In this document: positions 35,686-44,891 of the stretch, piece after piece
Numbering within the stretch: the stretch's first letter is position 1
How the letters are laid out: each line of letters begins with the position of its first letter
Source of the DNA: Candidatus Bathyarchaeota archaeon
GTDB taxonomy: Archaea > Thermoproteota > Bathyarchaeia > TCS64
Direction: 5' to 3'
Length of the DNA stretch: 64,000 nt
NCBI GenBank assembly: GCA_018652685.1
Contig: JABIBQ010000080.1
Span: 8,357-72,356 of the forward strand
Position numbers and translations under genes: made by a program
Notes under the pieces: generated by a model
What the model saw: the letters and a program-made list of their open reading frames with translations, nothing else
What the model was told of the DNA's origin: nothing
The model's database searches: none

Positions 35686-36099
35686 ATGAACATGGACCAG
35701 TTCAAACTAGGAATGCATGTGGGCGAGATCAAGGCTTGGTGTGAGGCGGTCAAGAATGACGCGAAGGGAATGAGCCTCAGTGCGCCGTTCAAGCCAGAGG
35801 ACTATGAGACTCTTTTGCCCTACATGGTGGAGCACTCTGAGAGGAATGGAGTTAACTTTTACCACGAGAAAGAACTCATCGCCACGGATCTGTTCGGGGA
35901 CATGGACCTGTCGAGCATCTGGGTCTTCGTCATTTACAGGAGGCCCGAGACTCTGGAGAAATACCTCAAGCTGAAAGAGGACAAGGAGAAGCTGCTGGAG
36001 TCTGGAAGCTACGAGGGAGATACCAGAAAGGACATAGCTGTCCACTTTGGCAGGCTCCTCGGGTACAGCGACGCGATGATACACGCTCGGTGGAGCTAG
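35686..36099 (+). CDS. Hypothetical protein
   Basis: 137-aa soluble ORF ending FGRLLGYS. Confidence 0.6.
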   Translation: MNMDQFKLGMHVGEIKAWCEAVKNDAKGMSLSAPFKPEDYETLLPYMVEHSERNGVNFYHEKELIATDLFGDMDLSSIWVFVIYRRPETLEKYLKLKEDKEKLLESGSYEGDTRKDIAVHFGRLLGYSDAMIHARWS

Positions 36100-37343
36100 G
36101 ACATCAGTTTCTTCAGGTACGCCACGAAGAGATCGATCTCCTCCTCGGTGTTGTAGAAGTGCGGGCTTACCCGCACCCCACCATAACCAGCCTGATACTT
36201 CATGGTTGGCCCCCTCACCTGCTTAATTGGGCGTCCCCTGAGCTGGGCGGTGGTTTTCCTGTCAAGTTCGTCGCTACCCGTCGTATACATCGTCAGGGCG
36301 TGCCTGTGGGTGTTCAACGCGTCTGGCTCTGGATCCGCCGGAGTCTTCACCTTACATCCGATCTCCTCAAGCTCCTCGCTGAGGTAGAGCCCCAGCCGCA
36401 TGTTCCGCCTCTCTATGTTCTCCTTACCCAGCCCGTTCAGCCACTTGAGGACGGCGTGCCAAGCCCAAATCTCGTCAGTCGCTGTAGTTCCCTGCTCAAA
36501 CCGCTGGGCAGTTTTCGGGAACGGGTAATCATAAGTCTTGACGCTGTCGTGGTCAGCTGCCCCGAACGGGAACTTGTCGAACCCGGTGATGCCCGGCCCC
36601 TTGTCCACGTTGATATAGCTCCAGAAGCTTGGCAGAAGCTCCTCGCACAGGCTCTGTTTCACGTACAGGAACCCCGCCTCAGGTGGGCCGCACTGCCACT
36701 TGTAGCTACCAGTGACCATAAAATCCACGTCATCGTCGTGAAGGTCAACCACCTTGGAGCCAATGGTCTGGACCGCGTCGTCCAGGACATACGTGCCCCT
36801 CTCGTGAGCGATTTCACAGACCTGCTTGACATCGTATGTGAACCCGCTGCCCACGCTGGTCCTGTTAATGACTACCAGTCGGGTGTTCTCGTCAACAGCA
36901 TTCTCCATGTCCTCCCGCATGATCCTGCCGTCCCTGTGCTTGATTACCCTGAGTTCGACCCCGTGCCTATTCAACGAGAGGAGCGTGTGGCCGGTGCTGG
37001 GGTACGCCTGGTCGGTCATCACCACGTTGTCACCCTTGTTCCATGGCTCGTTGTAGCCCAGCGTGTCCTTGATTATGTTTATCCCCTGAACCACCCTGCT
37101 GGTGATGCATAACTCGTCGGGTGAAGCCCCTACAAGCTTGGCTCCTTCCTCCCTTGCCAGTGGGTCTTTCTCGCTGAACCACGCGTGGTCTGTGCCACCA
37201 AGTGTGCTACCGTACCTCCTCCTGTTCCAGCACTCCATCACGGCGTTGTAGTTCACGAGGTTGAAGGGGGCGCTGCCGGCTGCCCCCAGGTATATCATAT
37301 CATCGATGTGGGGAAAGTTCTCCCTGATCTTATCGACGTTCAT
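36096..37343 (-). CDS. PLP-dependent aminotransferase class V family protein
   Basis: DDAVQTIG, GSYKWQCGP (PLP Lys), RFEQGT, RVSPHFYN; start MNVDKIRENF at 37343. Confidence 0.88.
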   Translation of the reverse strand: MNVDKIRENFPHIDDMIYLGAAGSAPFNLVNYNAVMECWNRRRYGSTLGGTDHAWFSEKDPLAREEGAKLVGASPDELCITSRVVQGINIIKDTLGYNEPWNKGDNVVMTDQAYPSTGHTLLSLNRHGVELRVIKHRDGRIMREDMENAVDENTRLVVINRTSVGSGFTYDVKQVCEIAHERGTYVLDDAVQTIGSKVVDLHDDDVDFMVTGSYKWQCGPPEAGFLYVKQSLCEELLPSFWSYINVDKGPGITGFDKFPFGAADHDSVKTYDYPFPKTAQRFEQGTTATDEIWAWHAVLKWLNGLGKENIERRNMRLGLYLSEELEEIGCKVKTPADPEPDALNTHRHALTMYTTGSDELDRKTTAQLRGRPIKQVRGPTMKYQAGYGGVRVSPHFYNTEEEIDLFVAYLKKLMS

Positions 37344-37413
37344 GCAATAACAGTGAAAGACGAGTTGATAACGCCATCGACAAAAAGAAAAGGCGAGAAC
37401 CTGACGTATTGCC

Positions 37414-37803
37414 ATGGTTCCTGAGATCAACGGCGGACTCATGTTCATGTACTACGATGGCATCGGTGAGGCAGCAAGGTTCTACGAGGAGATACTGGGC
37501 TTCGAGTTGAAGCTGGACCGGGACTGGGTCAAGATCTACAAGTACGCATCTGATTGCCATGTGGGCCTCGTTGATGTCAGCATGGGGAGCCACAAGGTGA
37601 TGGAGGAGAAATCGGCGAGGCTCCAGCTAATGGTCAGTGACGCCCAGGCGTGGCACGATTACGTCAAGAGGAAGGGTCTCAAGCCCAGTAAGGACGAGCT
37701 CAAGGAGGGCGTGAAGCTGCACATCAAGGCATTCTCGGTCACTGACCCAGGCGGCTACACGGTTGAGTTCTGCGAGTACACGACCCCCTACGGGGACGCC
37801 TAG
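37414..37803 (+). CDS. VOC/glyoxalase family protein
   Basis: AARFYEEILGF ... DPGGYTVEF. Confidence 0.85.
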   Translation: MVPEINGGLMFMYYDGIGEAARFYEEILGFELKLDRDWVKIYKYASDCHVGLVDVSMGSHKVMEEKSARLQLMVSDAQAWHDYVKRKGLKPSKDELKEGVKLHIKAFSVTDPGGYTVEFCEYTTPYGDA

Positions 37804-38954
37804 AGATTCGTCACGACCTCGATTATCTTCTCAACATCCGATGATCTATTCCAGAACCCTACCGCTACCCTGACCACAGGAGGGTCGAGTGCACCAACTG
37901 TCCTCGTGAAAATGTAGTGCTTTCTGAACTCATCGACCATCTGTTTAGGATCAACGCCCTTGACCCTGAAGCTAAGGAGGCTGTTCTGATCCCTCGCTGA
38001 TACCAGATCGACCTTGGAGATATCGTTGAGACCATCCCAAAGAGCCCCGTATAGCATAGTAGTTCTCTTTACTATGAATGGGAGAGAAATCTCATCCATG
38101 ATCCACTCGGTGGCAGCAGTCCCTCCCTGGATGACGGGCAACGGGCGCGTGCTCACCTCGTACCTCTGGGCGGAGTCGGGGTAGGTCAGCTCTCCCGACC
38201 CGTGGTGAGCGTCACTGAATACCCCGGAATATGTGGGTTCGATCACTTCCATAGCGTCCTTTGACACGTAGAGCGCCCCTGCCCCGTCAGGCCCGCACAG
38301 GAATTTGTGCCTCGCCAGGGCATAGCCGTCCACATCCAGCTTCTTGACATCGACGAAACTGGTGCCGACTGCCTGGATGCCGTCCGCTAATAGAAGAGAA
38401 TCGTGTTCATGAGCCAATCTGGATGCCTCTTTCAGGTCAACCCTGCCACCTGTAGCGAAGTTGACATCGCTGAGGAGTACCATCCTCGTCTTGTCGCTGA
38501 TCTTCTCGGATAGCTGTTCCAGTGTGCCTTCGAACTGGTTGATGTACGTTAACTTGACCCCTCTGCGCTTCGCCAGGATCATCAGCGGAACCTTCGCGGC
38601 TGGATTCTCAAGGCTCCCGGCGATTATCTCGTCGCCTGGCTTCCAATCGTAGCCCCACATGAAGATGTTCATCCCGGTGGTCGTGGAATCGCAGAGGGCA
38701 ATTTCATCAGGGTTGGAGCCTATGAATCTCGATAGCACCTTCTTTGCCGCTGCCACTACCTCGCTGTACCGGGCTAAACCTGAGCCTTTGTCCCTCATAG
38801 CGTCAGGGTCATCGCCCCTGCTGGATGATTCTGATGAATAACCATCTCTGATACTCAAGCGTGCAGCCTGGCAGAGTGGGCCCCATGAGCCTGCGTTGAG
38901 AGCGATGATTTCATCAGACATGTGTAGTTCTTTCCGGATGTCCTCGATGTTCAT
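37800..38954 (-). CDS. PLP-dependent aminotransferase class V family protein
   Basis: LNAGSWGP, DGIQAVG, ARHKFLCGP, RYEVST, RVAVGFWN. Confidence 0.88.
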   Translation of the reverse strand: MNIEDIRKELHMSDEIIALNAGSWGPLCQAARLSIRDGYSSESSSRGDDPDAMRDKGSGLARYSEVVAAAKKVLSRFIGSNPDEIALCDSTTTGMNIFMWGYDWKPGDEIIAGSLENPAAKVPLMILAKRRGVKLTYINQFEGTLEQLSEKISDKTRMVLLSDVNFATGGRVDLKEASRLAHEHDSLLLADGIQAVGTSFVDVKKLDVDGYALARHKFLCGPDGAGALYVSKDAMEVIEPTYSGVFSDAHHGSGELTYPDSAQRYEVSTRPLPVIQGGTAATEWIMDEISLPFIVKRTTMLYGALWDGLNDISKVDLVSARDQNSLLSFRVKGVDPKQMVDEFRKHYIFTRTVGALDPPVVRVAVGFWNRSSDVEKIIEVVTNL

Positions 38955-39140
38955 GGGATAGAGATATCCTCTGAGAGTAAGGAATTTACGCCTGTTTTCT
39001 GGGGAAAGGGTTACAGGACCCCCGCGCGCAACCTGAATTAGGCTCAGGTACTATTAACTTGGACCATAAATTACCAGATACGCCTGTTTTTTCAATAACT
39101 ATATCTAAGTCGATCCCACTCGGTTAATGCTGATATCACC

Positions 39141-40406
39141 TTGAGTGAAGATGAGCCAGGATTCATATCAAAAGCAATGGCACCGTTCCTCGTATTGTTT
39201 ACGGGCCAGGCATTCAGCCTGTTCGGCAGCAGACTCGTCCAGTTCGCCCTCGTCTGGCACCTCACAGAGTTGACAAAATCACCGTCGGTGCTCGCCACGG
39301 CCAGCATAGCCGCATTGCTCCCGCAGGTCTTCATCGGACCATTCGCAGGCGCACTGGTTGACCGTTGGAACAGGAGGGTAGTGATGATGGTCGCGGATTC
39401 ACTTATCGCCCTGTCTATTCTGTTCCTTGCATTCATGTTCAGCGTTGGAAGGGTCGAGGTGTGGCACATCTACGCAGTAATGATGTTCAGGGCAGCAGGG
39501 GGAGCTTTCCAGTGGCCTGCAATGCAGGCGTCAACGAGCATGATGGTACCGAAGAAGCACCTGTCGCGAGTGGCCGGGATAAACCAGAGCTTCAGCGGAC
39601 TCGTCGCTATCAGCGCTCCGCCACTAGGCGCGCTTCTCCTTGAGATAATGCCCATCGAGTATGTTCTATCAATTGATGTGTTGACGGCCATTTTCGCGGT
39701 CGGCCCACTTTTGTTCATCACAGTTCCTCAGCCCGAGCACACTGGCGATAAGGCGAGTGGGGTCCTGGGTGACATGAAGGAGGGATTCCAGTGGATTTTC
39801 AAGCAGAAGGGTTTGCTCGTCATCATGTTGATGAGTCTCTGCATAAATATGGTCACCACACCGACTTTCACGATGCTTCCGCTTCTCATCACCGAGTTTT
39901 TCAAGGGAGGGGCCATCGAGCTTGCCTGGGTTCAATCAGCCAACGGGCTCGGGATGATACTGGGAGGAATAACCTTGGGCGTCTGGGGAGGGTTCAAGAG
40001 CAAGATCAACACCGCATTCTCAGGATTATTTATGGCGAGTCTAGGGCTCTTGGTGTTCAGCAGGACTCCAGCAGATAAGCTCTGGATCGGGATTGCCGCG
40101 ATGTTCGTATTCGGTTTCATGAACTCAATCGCCAACAGTAGCTTCTTCTCGGTGCTTCAAGCGCTGATCCCGCACGATATGCAGGGAAGGGTGTTCACGT
40201 TGATAATGAGCACAAGCGTTGCGGTTTCACCGCTGGGGCTTGCACTCGCGGGACCCATTGTTGAGCTCACAGGGCTCAGGTTCTGGTTCGTGATATCCGG
40301 CGTCGTCTTCATGATCGGTAGCTTTGTGGGATTCACGGTCCCTCAGGTCAAAACGTTGGAGGCGGACTGGGAGAAACAGATGGCCGAGACAGAGGACGCG
40401 GAATAA
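39141..40406 (+). CDS. MFS transporter (DHA3/MefA-like)
   Basis: GQAFSLFGS, GALVDRWNRR, MQGRVF; about 12 TM. Confidence 0.88.
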   Translation: MSEDEPGFISKAMAPFLVLFTGQAFSLFGSRLVQFALVWHLTELTKSPSVLATASIAALLPQVFIGPFAGALVDRWNRRVVMMVADSLIALSILFLAFMFSVGRVEVWHIYAVMMFRAAGGAFQWPAMQASTSMMVPKKHLSRVAGINQSFSGLVAISAPPLGALLLEIMPIEYVLSIDVLTAIFAVGPLLFITVPQPEHTGDKASGVLGDMKEGFQWIFKQKGLLVIMLMSLCINMVTTPTFTMLPLLITEFFKGGAIELAWVQSANGLGMILGGITLGVWGGFKSKINTAFSGLFMASLGLLVFSRTPADKLWIGIAAMFVFGFMNSIANSSFFSVLQALIPHDMQGRVFTLIMSTSVAVSPLGLALAGPIVELTGLRFWFVISGVVFMIGSFVGFTVPQVKTLEADWEKQMAETEDAE

Positions 40407-40437
40407 CCTTATCACGCGTCGTTCCGACGTACTCTTT

Positions 40438-41265
40438 ATGAGAACCATCCAGTTAGGCCAGTCCAAACTCAGGGTATCCAGGTTAATCTACGGCTCGGAG
40501 CCGTTCAACCTCAAGAAGGGGCCCGACGGCGACAGGAACCAGGGGGATAAGACTCCCGAACAGGCGGCCGAGATACTAAAGGAAGCACTTGAACTGGGCG
40601 TCAACGTATGGGACACGAGTGACGATTACGGTACACACCCCCATCTCAGGGAAGCTCTGAATATAGTCAAGCGCAGTGACGTGTTTATCGCGGACAAGTC
40701 CAACGCGTTGACTGAGAAGGATGGCTGGGCTGCCCTTGAGTTCTCAAACAAGTCCCTTGGCACGGATTACGTCGATATCATGTTCCTGCACAACGTCCTG
40801 AACGAGGGCGTTGACCGAAAAGATTCTGCCGGCAAACCATATCGCGCTGGAAACCTCAAGGAAAGGATGGGGGCTCTCGGTGCCTGGGTAGAGGCAAAGG
40901 AATCTGGGGCAGTGAGGGCGACAGCACTCTCGACCCACAGCACAAAGGTACTCAGGCAGGTCCTCGATGTCCCAGAGATCGATATCGTGTGTACCACCTT
41001 GAACATGGCGGGGGCTGTAATAGATGACGGCACTCTTGAGGAGCACATCGAGGCCATAAGGGCCCTGAAAGAGGATGGCAGGGGCATCTATGTCATTAAG
41101 GTTCTACATGCTGGAAGGCTCAGGAACAGCGCGGCGGACGCGGTACGCTGGGCGTACCAGTTCCACGAGATAGTTGACGCGTGGAACATCGGGATGTACG
41201 ACATGAACGATGTGTGGTCAAACCTCGACATGATGGAGGAGTGCCTCCCTCTACATAGCGGATAA
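40438..41265 (+). CDS. Aldo/keto reductase family protein
   Basis: LGQSKLRVSRL, WDTSDDYGT, LGTDYVDIMFLH; start MRTIQLG at 40438. Confidence 0.82.
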   Translation: MRTIQLGQSKLRVSRLIYGSEPFNLKKGPDGDRNQGDKTPEQAAEILKEALELGVNVWDTSDDYGTHPHLREALNIVKRSDVFIADKSNALTEKDGWAALEFSNKSLGTDYVDIMFLHNVLNEGVDRKDSAGKPYRAGNLKERMGALGAWVEAKESGAVRATALSTHSTKVLRQVLDVPEIDIVCTTLNMAGAVIDDGTLEEHIEAIRALKEDGRGIYVIKVLHAGRLRNSAADAVRWAYQFHEIVDAWNIGMYDMNDVWSNLDMMEECLPLHSG

Positions 41266-41308
41266 TATTTATCTCACTTGAACGTCAACCAGATAGGTTC
41301 TGATAGAA

Positions 41309-42505
41309 GTGCAGTCCATCAGCAAGTATCTTGCCCTAGAGGGTAACATCCGTGTGCTCGCGGCGCAGACGTTCGTGAGTCAGATTGGACTGGGTATGTT
41401 CTACGTGATCTGGCAGCCATACCTGCTCAGCACGGGTATCACGGTGAGCCAACTGGGCCTCGTCCAGACCATGATCAACATCAGCACAGCGGTGGGACTG
41501 ATTGTCTGGGGGCAGGTCAGCGACAAGATCGGCAGAAAACCAGGCGTGATTGGCAGCGCCATCTGCAGGACTCTGGCGATATTGGTGCTCATCGTCTCGG
41601 GTCACTATTACGCGTTGATGGTGTTTGGGTTCTTTATCGGGTTCAGCGCCATGTTCATGATAGGGAACCCGGCCAGGAACGCGTTGATCGCTGAGTCCGT
41701 GGAGTCATCCAAGACGGCAACGGCACTCAGCACACTGATAACCATCAGCCAGGGCATCAGCACCCTTGTGGCAGGTGCAGGGGGCTATATCGCGCTCAAG
41801 ATGGGATACATGCCCATATTCTATGTGACGGTGGCTGGGGACTTGATTGGAAGCTTCCTGTTATGGAAGTACATCGAGGAGACCCATACACCAGAGAGCA
41901 ATGACACCGAGCAAGCCTCCCTGTCGCAGCAGATCAGGGACATGCTTGTTCCCGAGAGGACATATCTAACGCTCTACATCTCGATGCTCCTTCAAGGGTT
42001 CAGCTACGCCGTGGCGTACAGCCTCTTCTATGGCGCACTGACAGACACATACGGTTTCTCGACTTTCCAGCTGGGCCTGCTGAGCACCAGCTTCAACCTC
42101 GTATGGGCGGTGGACTCGATACCGCTCGGAAAGCTCGTTGATAGAATTGGCCATGTAAACGGGATGATAATGAGTTTCGCCATGGCGTTTGTCTCAGTTA
42201 TGGGCTTTATTTTGTTCAATCGGATCGAGTTCTTCATAATATTCAACGGGTTCAGCGCCATCGACATCGGTTTCTGGATGCCGTCATACATGAGCTTCGT
42301 GACGGGGCTGGTGCCTCAGGACAAGAGAAGCACTGTCATGGGGAAACTGGACGCCTACGGCAGGCTCGGTGCTATTCCTGCGCCCTGGCTGGGCGGTTTA
42401 CTCTACGAAAACTACGGCTTCGACGCGCCCCTCTACGTCCAGGCTGTCATTCTCGTGATAAATGCCGCAATTATCAACAGCCTTAGAGGCCGAGATAGCT
42501 CCTGA
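41309..42505 (+). CDS. MFS transporter
   Basis: GQVSDKIGRK and GKLVDRIG motif A copies; about 12 TM. Confidence 0.85.
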   Translation: MQSISKYLALEGNIRVLAAQTFVSQIGLGMFYVIWQPYLLSTGITVSQLGLVQTMINISTAVGLIVWGQVSDKIGRKPGVIGSAICRTLAILVLIVSGHYYALMVFGFFIGFSAMFMIGNPARNALIAESVESSKTATALSTLITISQGISTLVAGAGGYIALKMGYMPIFYVTVAGDLIGSFLLWKYIEETHTPESNDTEQASLSQQIRDMLVPERTYLTLYISMLLQGFSYAVAYSLFYGALTDTYGFSTFQLGLLSTSFNLVWAVDSIPLGKLVDRIGHVNGMIMSFAMAFVSVMGFILFNRIEFFIIFNGFSAIDIGFWMPSYMSFVTGLVPQDKRSTVMGKLDAYGRLGAIPAPWLGGLLYENYGFDAPLYVQAVILVINAAIINSLRGRDSS

Positions 42506-43046
42506 TCTCCAATTGTATATCAACAAGGGATTGGTCTCCGTCTATTACCGTCCACTCCTTCCGCTGTGCCAACCCAAGCACCCTGCCCCTGACCTTTGTG
42601 AGCCTCTCAAGGGACTCGAACATCTCCTTCTCGTCCCTGTTCTCCTCGATCCTTCTGTGGGCCTCCTCCGGTGTCACGTCAATAAAGAACATGTGGTCCC
42701 CGTTGGGCATCGTGATCTTGAAGACCATGTAGGCTAGTCTGTGGAGTGGGCTAGGAAGGTATGCGGTTCCCATCAGGTACCTGACGAACACCACATAGTC
42801 CACCTTGGACCACCTGTGGTAGAGAACAGACCTGATAACGTCGAGCATGTAGAGGACACTGGCCATTATCCTCGCCCAGGAGCCCTCCTTGAGCAAGTAC
42901 TCCCTTCCTTTCCTTCCAAGATAATTGTCGTCGCTGGGGTGGGACCTCATGACGTAGGTCATGCCAAGCCCCTCGATGTAGCTACACAGGTTCTCGGCCT
43001 GGGTGGTCTTACCAGAACCGTCAAGGCCGTCTAATACGATGAACAT
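42483..43046 (-). CDS. tmk: Thymidylate kinase
   Basis: FIVLDGLDGSGKTTQ P-loop, RY motif, IDVTPEEAHRRI. Confidence 0.82.
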   Translation of the reverse strand: MFIVLDGLDGSGKTTQAENLCSYIEGLGMTYVMRSHPSDDNYLGRKGREYLLKEGSWARIMASVLYMLDVIRSVLYHRWSKVDYVVFVRYLMGTAYLPSPLHRLAYMVFKITMPNGDHMFFIDVTPEEAHRRIEENRDEKEMFESLERLTKVRGRVLGLAQRKEWTVIDGDQSLVDIQLEIRSYLGL

Positions 43047-43750
43047 CAGATGCTCCCTCCCGTGGCGATGAAGGTGATTGCCCCCAATAAAGGAACGAAG
43101 ATGTTGTCGAGCCCTCTAGGGCAGACCGCCTCAACGATAGTCGAAAAGAGGGACACCGCGAAAATAGGTACCAATTGTGATCCGAGGGTGAACCCGTAGA
43201 TGCCTGAGAAATAGGCCATGCCCAGTGTCAGGCTCACAAGGCTTCCAGTGAACATTCCAATAGAGCCCTGGACTGATTTCTCCTCAAAGACCTTGAACTT
43301 GATTGAGCCATACTTCGTGCCAATCAGGGCGGCGGAGCTGTCACCATAGGCCATCGGGAAGATTCCTGCCGCGACAATGTACGGGGTGGCACCATAGAAG
43401 TAGGCGAGGATAGTGTAACTGATGGCATACATGAGGGGGCCCGTGCTGTGTCCCACTTCCGTCAACTCCCCTAGATTACCCAGCCTGTCAAGTAAGTTTT
43501 GGAGTGGAGAATATGGTGTTGCGAGGAAGGTCACCACGATGAAAGTTCCCGCGACGAGGACGGGGTAGATGGCATCCGTGAAATAGGGCATGATGAGAGG
43601 CAGGTTCCCGATCATCGCATGGAGGAACTTGCGACTAATCGTTGGGCTGATGATGTCAGCCCTCTTCAAGACCCCGGAAAAGATGATGATGGATATGACG
43701 TAGAGGTAACAGGCAGCCATGACCACAAGGTTAGAGCCAGTACTCGCCAT
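43046..43750 (-). CDS. Dolichol/phytol (polyprenol) kinase family membrane protein
   Basis: SRKFLH, GDSSAALIG, KSVQGS, GLDNIFVP. Confidence 0.8.
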   Translation of the reverse strand: MASTGSNLVVMAACYLYVISIIIFSGVLKRADIISPTISRKFLHAMIGNLPLIMPYFTDAIYPVLVAGTFIVVTFLATPYSPLQNLLDRLGNLGELTEVGHSTGPLMYAISYTILAYFYGATPYIVAAGIFPMAYGDSSAALIGTKYGSIKFKVFEEKSVQGSIGMFTGSLVSLTLGMAYFSGIYGFTLGSQLVPIFAVSLFSTIVEAVCPRGLDNIFVPLLGAITFIATGGSI

Positions 43751-43781
43751 AGCTTATCCCGTGTAGAGTTCCACTGATAAA

Positions 43782-44756
43782 CTATTGGCGCAGGGGGAAC
43801 TCCACGGTACTCTGCTCCCGCACGATGTGAGGTGGCCTCTCGCCCTTGAGGTAGCTCAGCACGTTGCCAGTGGAACGTATAGCCATCTTCTTCCTCGTCT
43901 CCCATGACGCAGAGGCGATATGGGGGGTCGCTAGAACGTTGGGCATCGACAGCAGCGTGTTATCAAGAGGTGTAGGCTCTTTCTCGAACACATCCAGTGC
44001 CGCCCCAGCGATCTTTCCGTTCCTGAGGGCATCAACTAGAGCCGACTCATTGATCACGGGCCCTCTACTTGTGTTCACGATGAGTGAACTTGTCTTCATC
44101 TTCTCCAACTCCTCGGACCCGATAATTCCCCTTGAGCTCGGGTTCAGGTCCACGTGTATCGTGAGGATATCGCTTTTCTCTAAAAGCTTGTCAAAGATGA
44201 CGTACTCGACGCCATACTTTTCTTCTAACTTCTTCTTTCTGATCAGATCATGGTAGATGACTTTCATGGGGAACCCCCTTGATCGCATAAGAACCTCAAG
44301 CCCGATTCTTCCGAGTCCGAGAATCCCAAGGGTTTTGCCCTCGGTGTCCCACCCGAAGGGAACAGCACCCTCGCGTTTTGCCCATCGTGTCCTGACATGT
44401 GAGTTTGCATATGGAATGTGTTTGTAGTAACCGAGGATCAGGGCCCAGGTATGGTCAGCGCCCCCGCTGCTGAGCACCTCAGGCGTATGCGTGACCATAA
44501 TACCACGCTGCGTACACTCCTCGACATCAACGGAGTCATATCCTACGCCGAAACGGGCAACCAGTTTGAGGTCGGGTGCCTTGTCCAGGAACCCAGCGTT
44601 TATGGGCTCGGTTCCAACGAGTATTGCCACAACGCCTTCCAGCTTGTCATCATACGGTCGCCTGACGTATTCCACGTCAGCGTACTCCTTGAGGGCATCA
44701 GAGACGTCCTCCGGGATGTTCTTGGTATCGGGGCTGATCAGAACTTTAGGTCTCAT
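43782..44756 (-). CDS. D-2-hydroxyacid dehydrogenase (glyoxylate reductase-like)
   Basis: GVGYD, GLGRIG, NTSRG, LDVFEKEP, TPHIAS. Confidence 0.9.
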   Translation of the reverse strand: MRPKVLISPDTKNIPEDVSDALKEYADVEYVRRPYDDKLEGVVAILVGTEPINAGFLDKAPDLKLVARFGVGYDSVDVEECTQRGIMVTHTPEVLSSGGADHTWALILGYYKHIPYANSHVRTRWAKREGAVPFGWDTEGKTLGILGLGRIGLEVLMRSRGFPMKVIYHDLIRKKKLEEKYGVEYVIFDKLLEKSDILTIHVDLNPSSRGIIGSEELEKMKTSSLIVNTSRGPVINESALVDALRNGKIAGAALDVFEKEPTPLDNTLLSMPNVLATPHIASASWETRKKMAIRSTGNVLSYLKGERPPHIVREQSTVEFPLRQ

Positions 44757-44813
44757 GTAAATAGAGTTGTCCGGGTAGGATAAGAGAATGCCCGTTGCAC
44801 GGATAACCCCGTG

Positions 44814-44831
44814 CTTACTGTAAACAGTAAG
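44814..44831. promoter_or_regulatory. Inverted repeat in divergent promoter region (candidate operator)
   Basis: CTTACTG-taaa-CAGTAAG between divergent genes. Confidence 0.35.
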
Positions 44832-44891
44832 TATTGTAAATATTATTCTGGTAGGATAAATGCCTAATTTTATATCGGATTACCCCGACTG

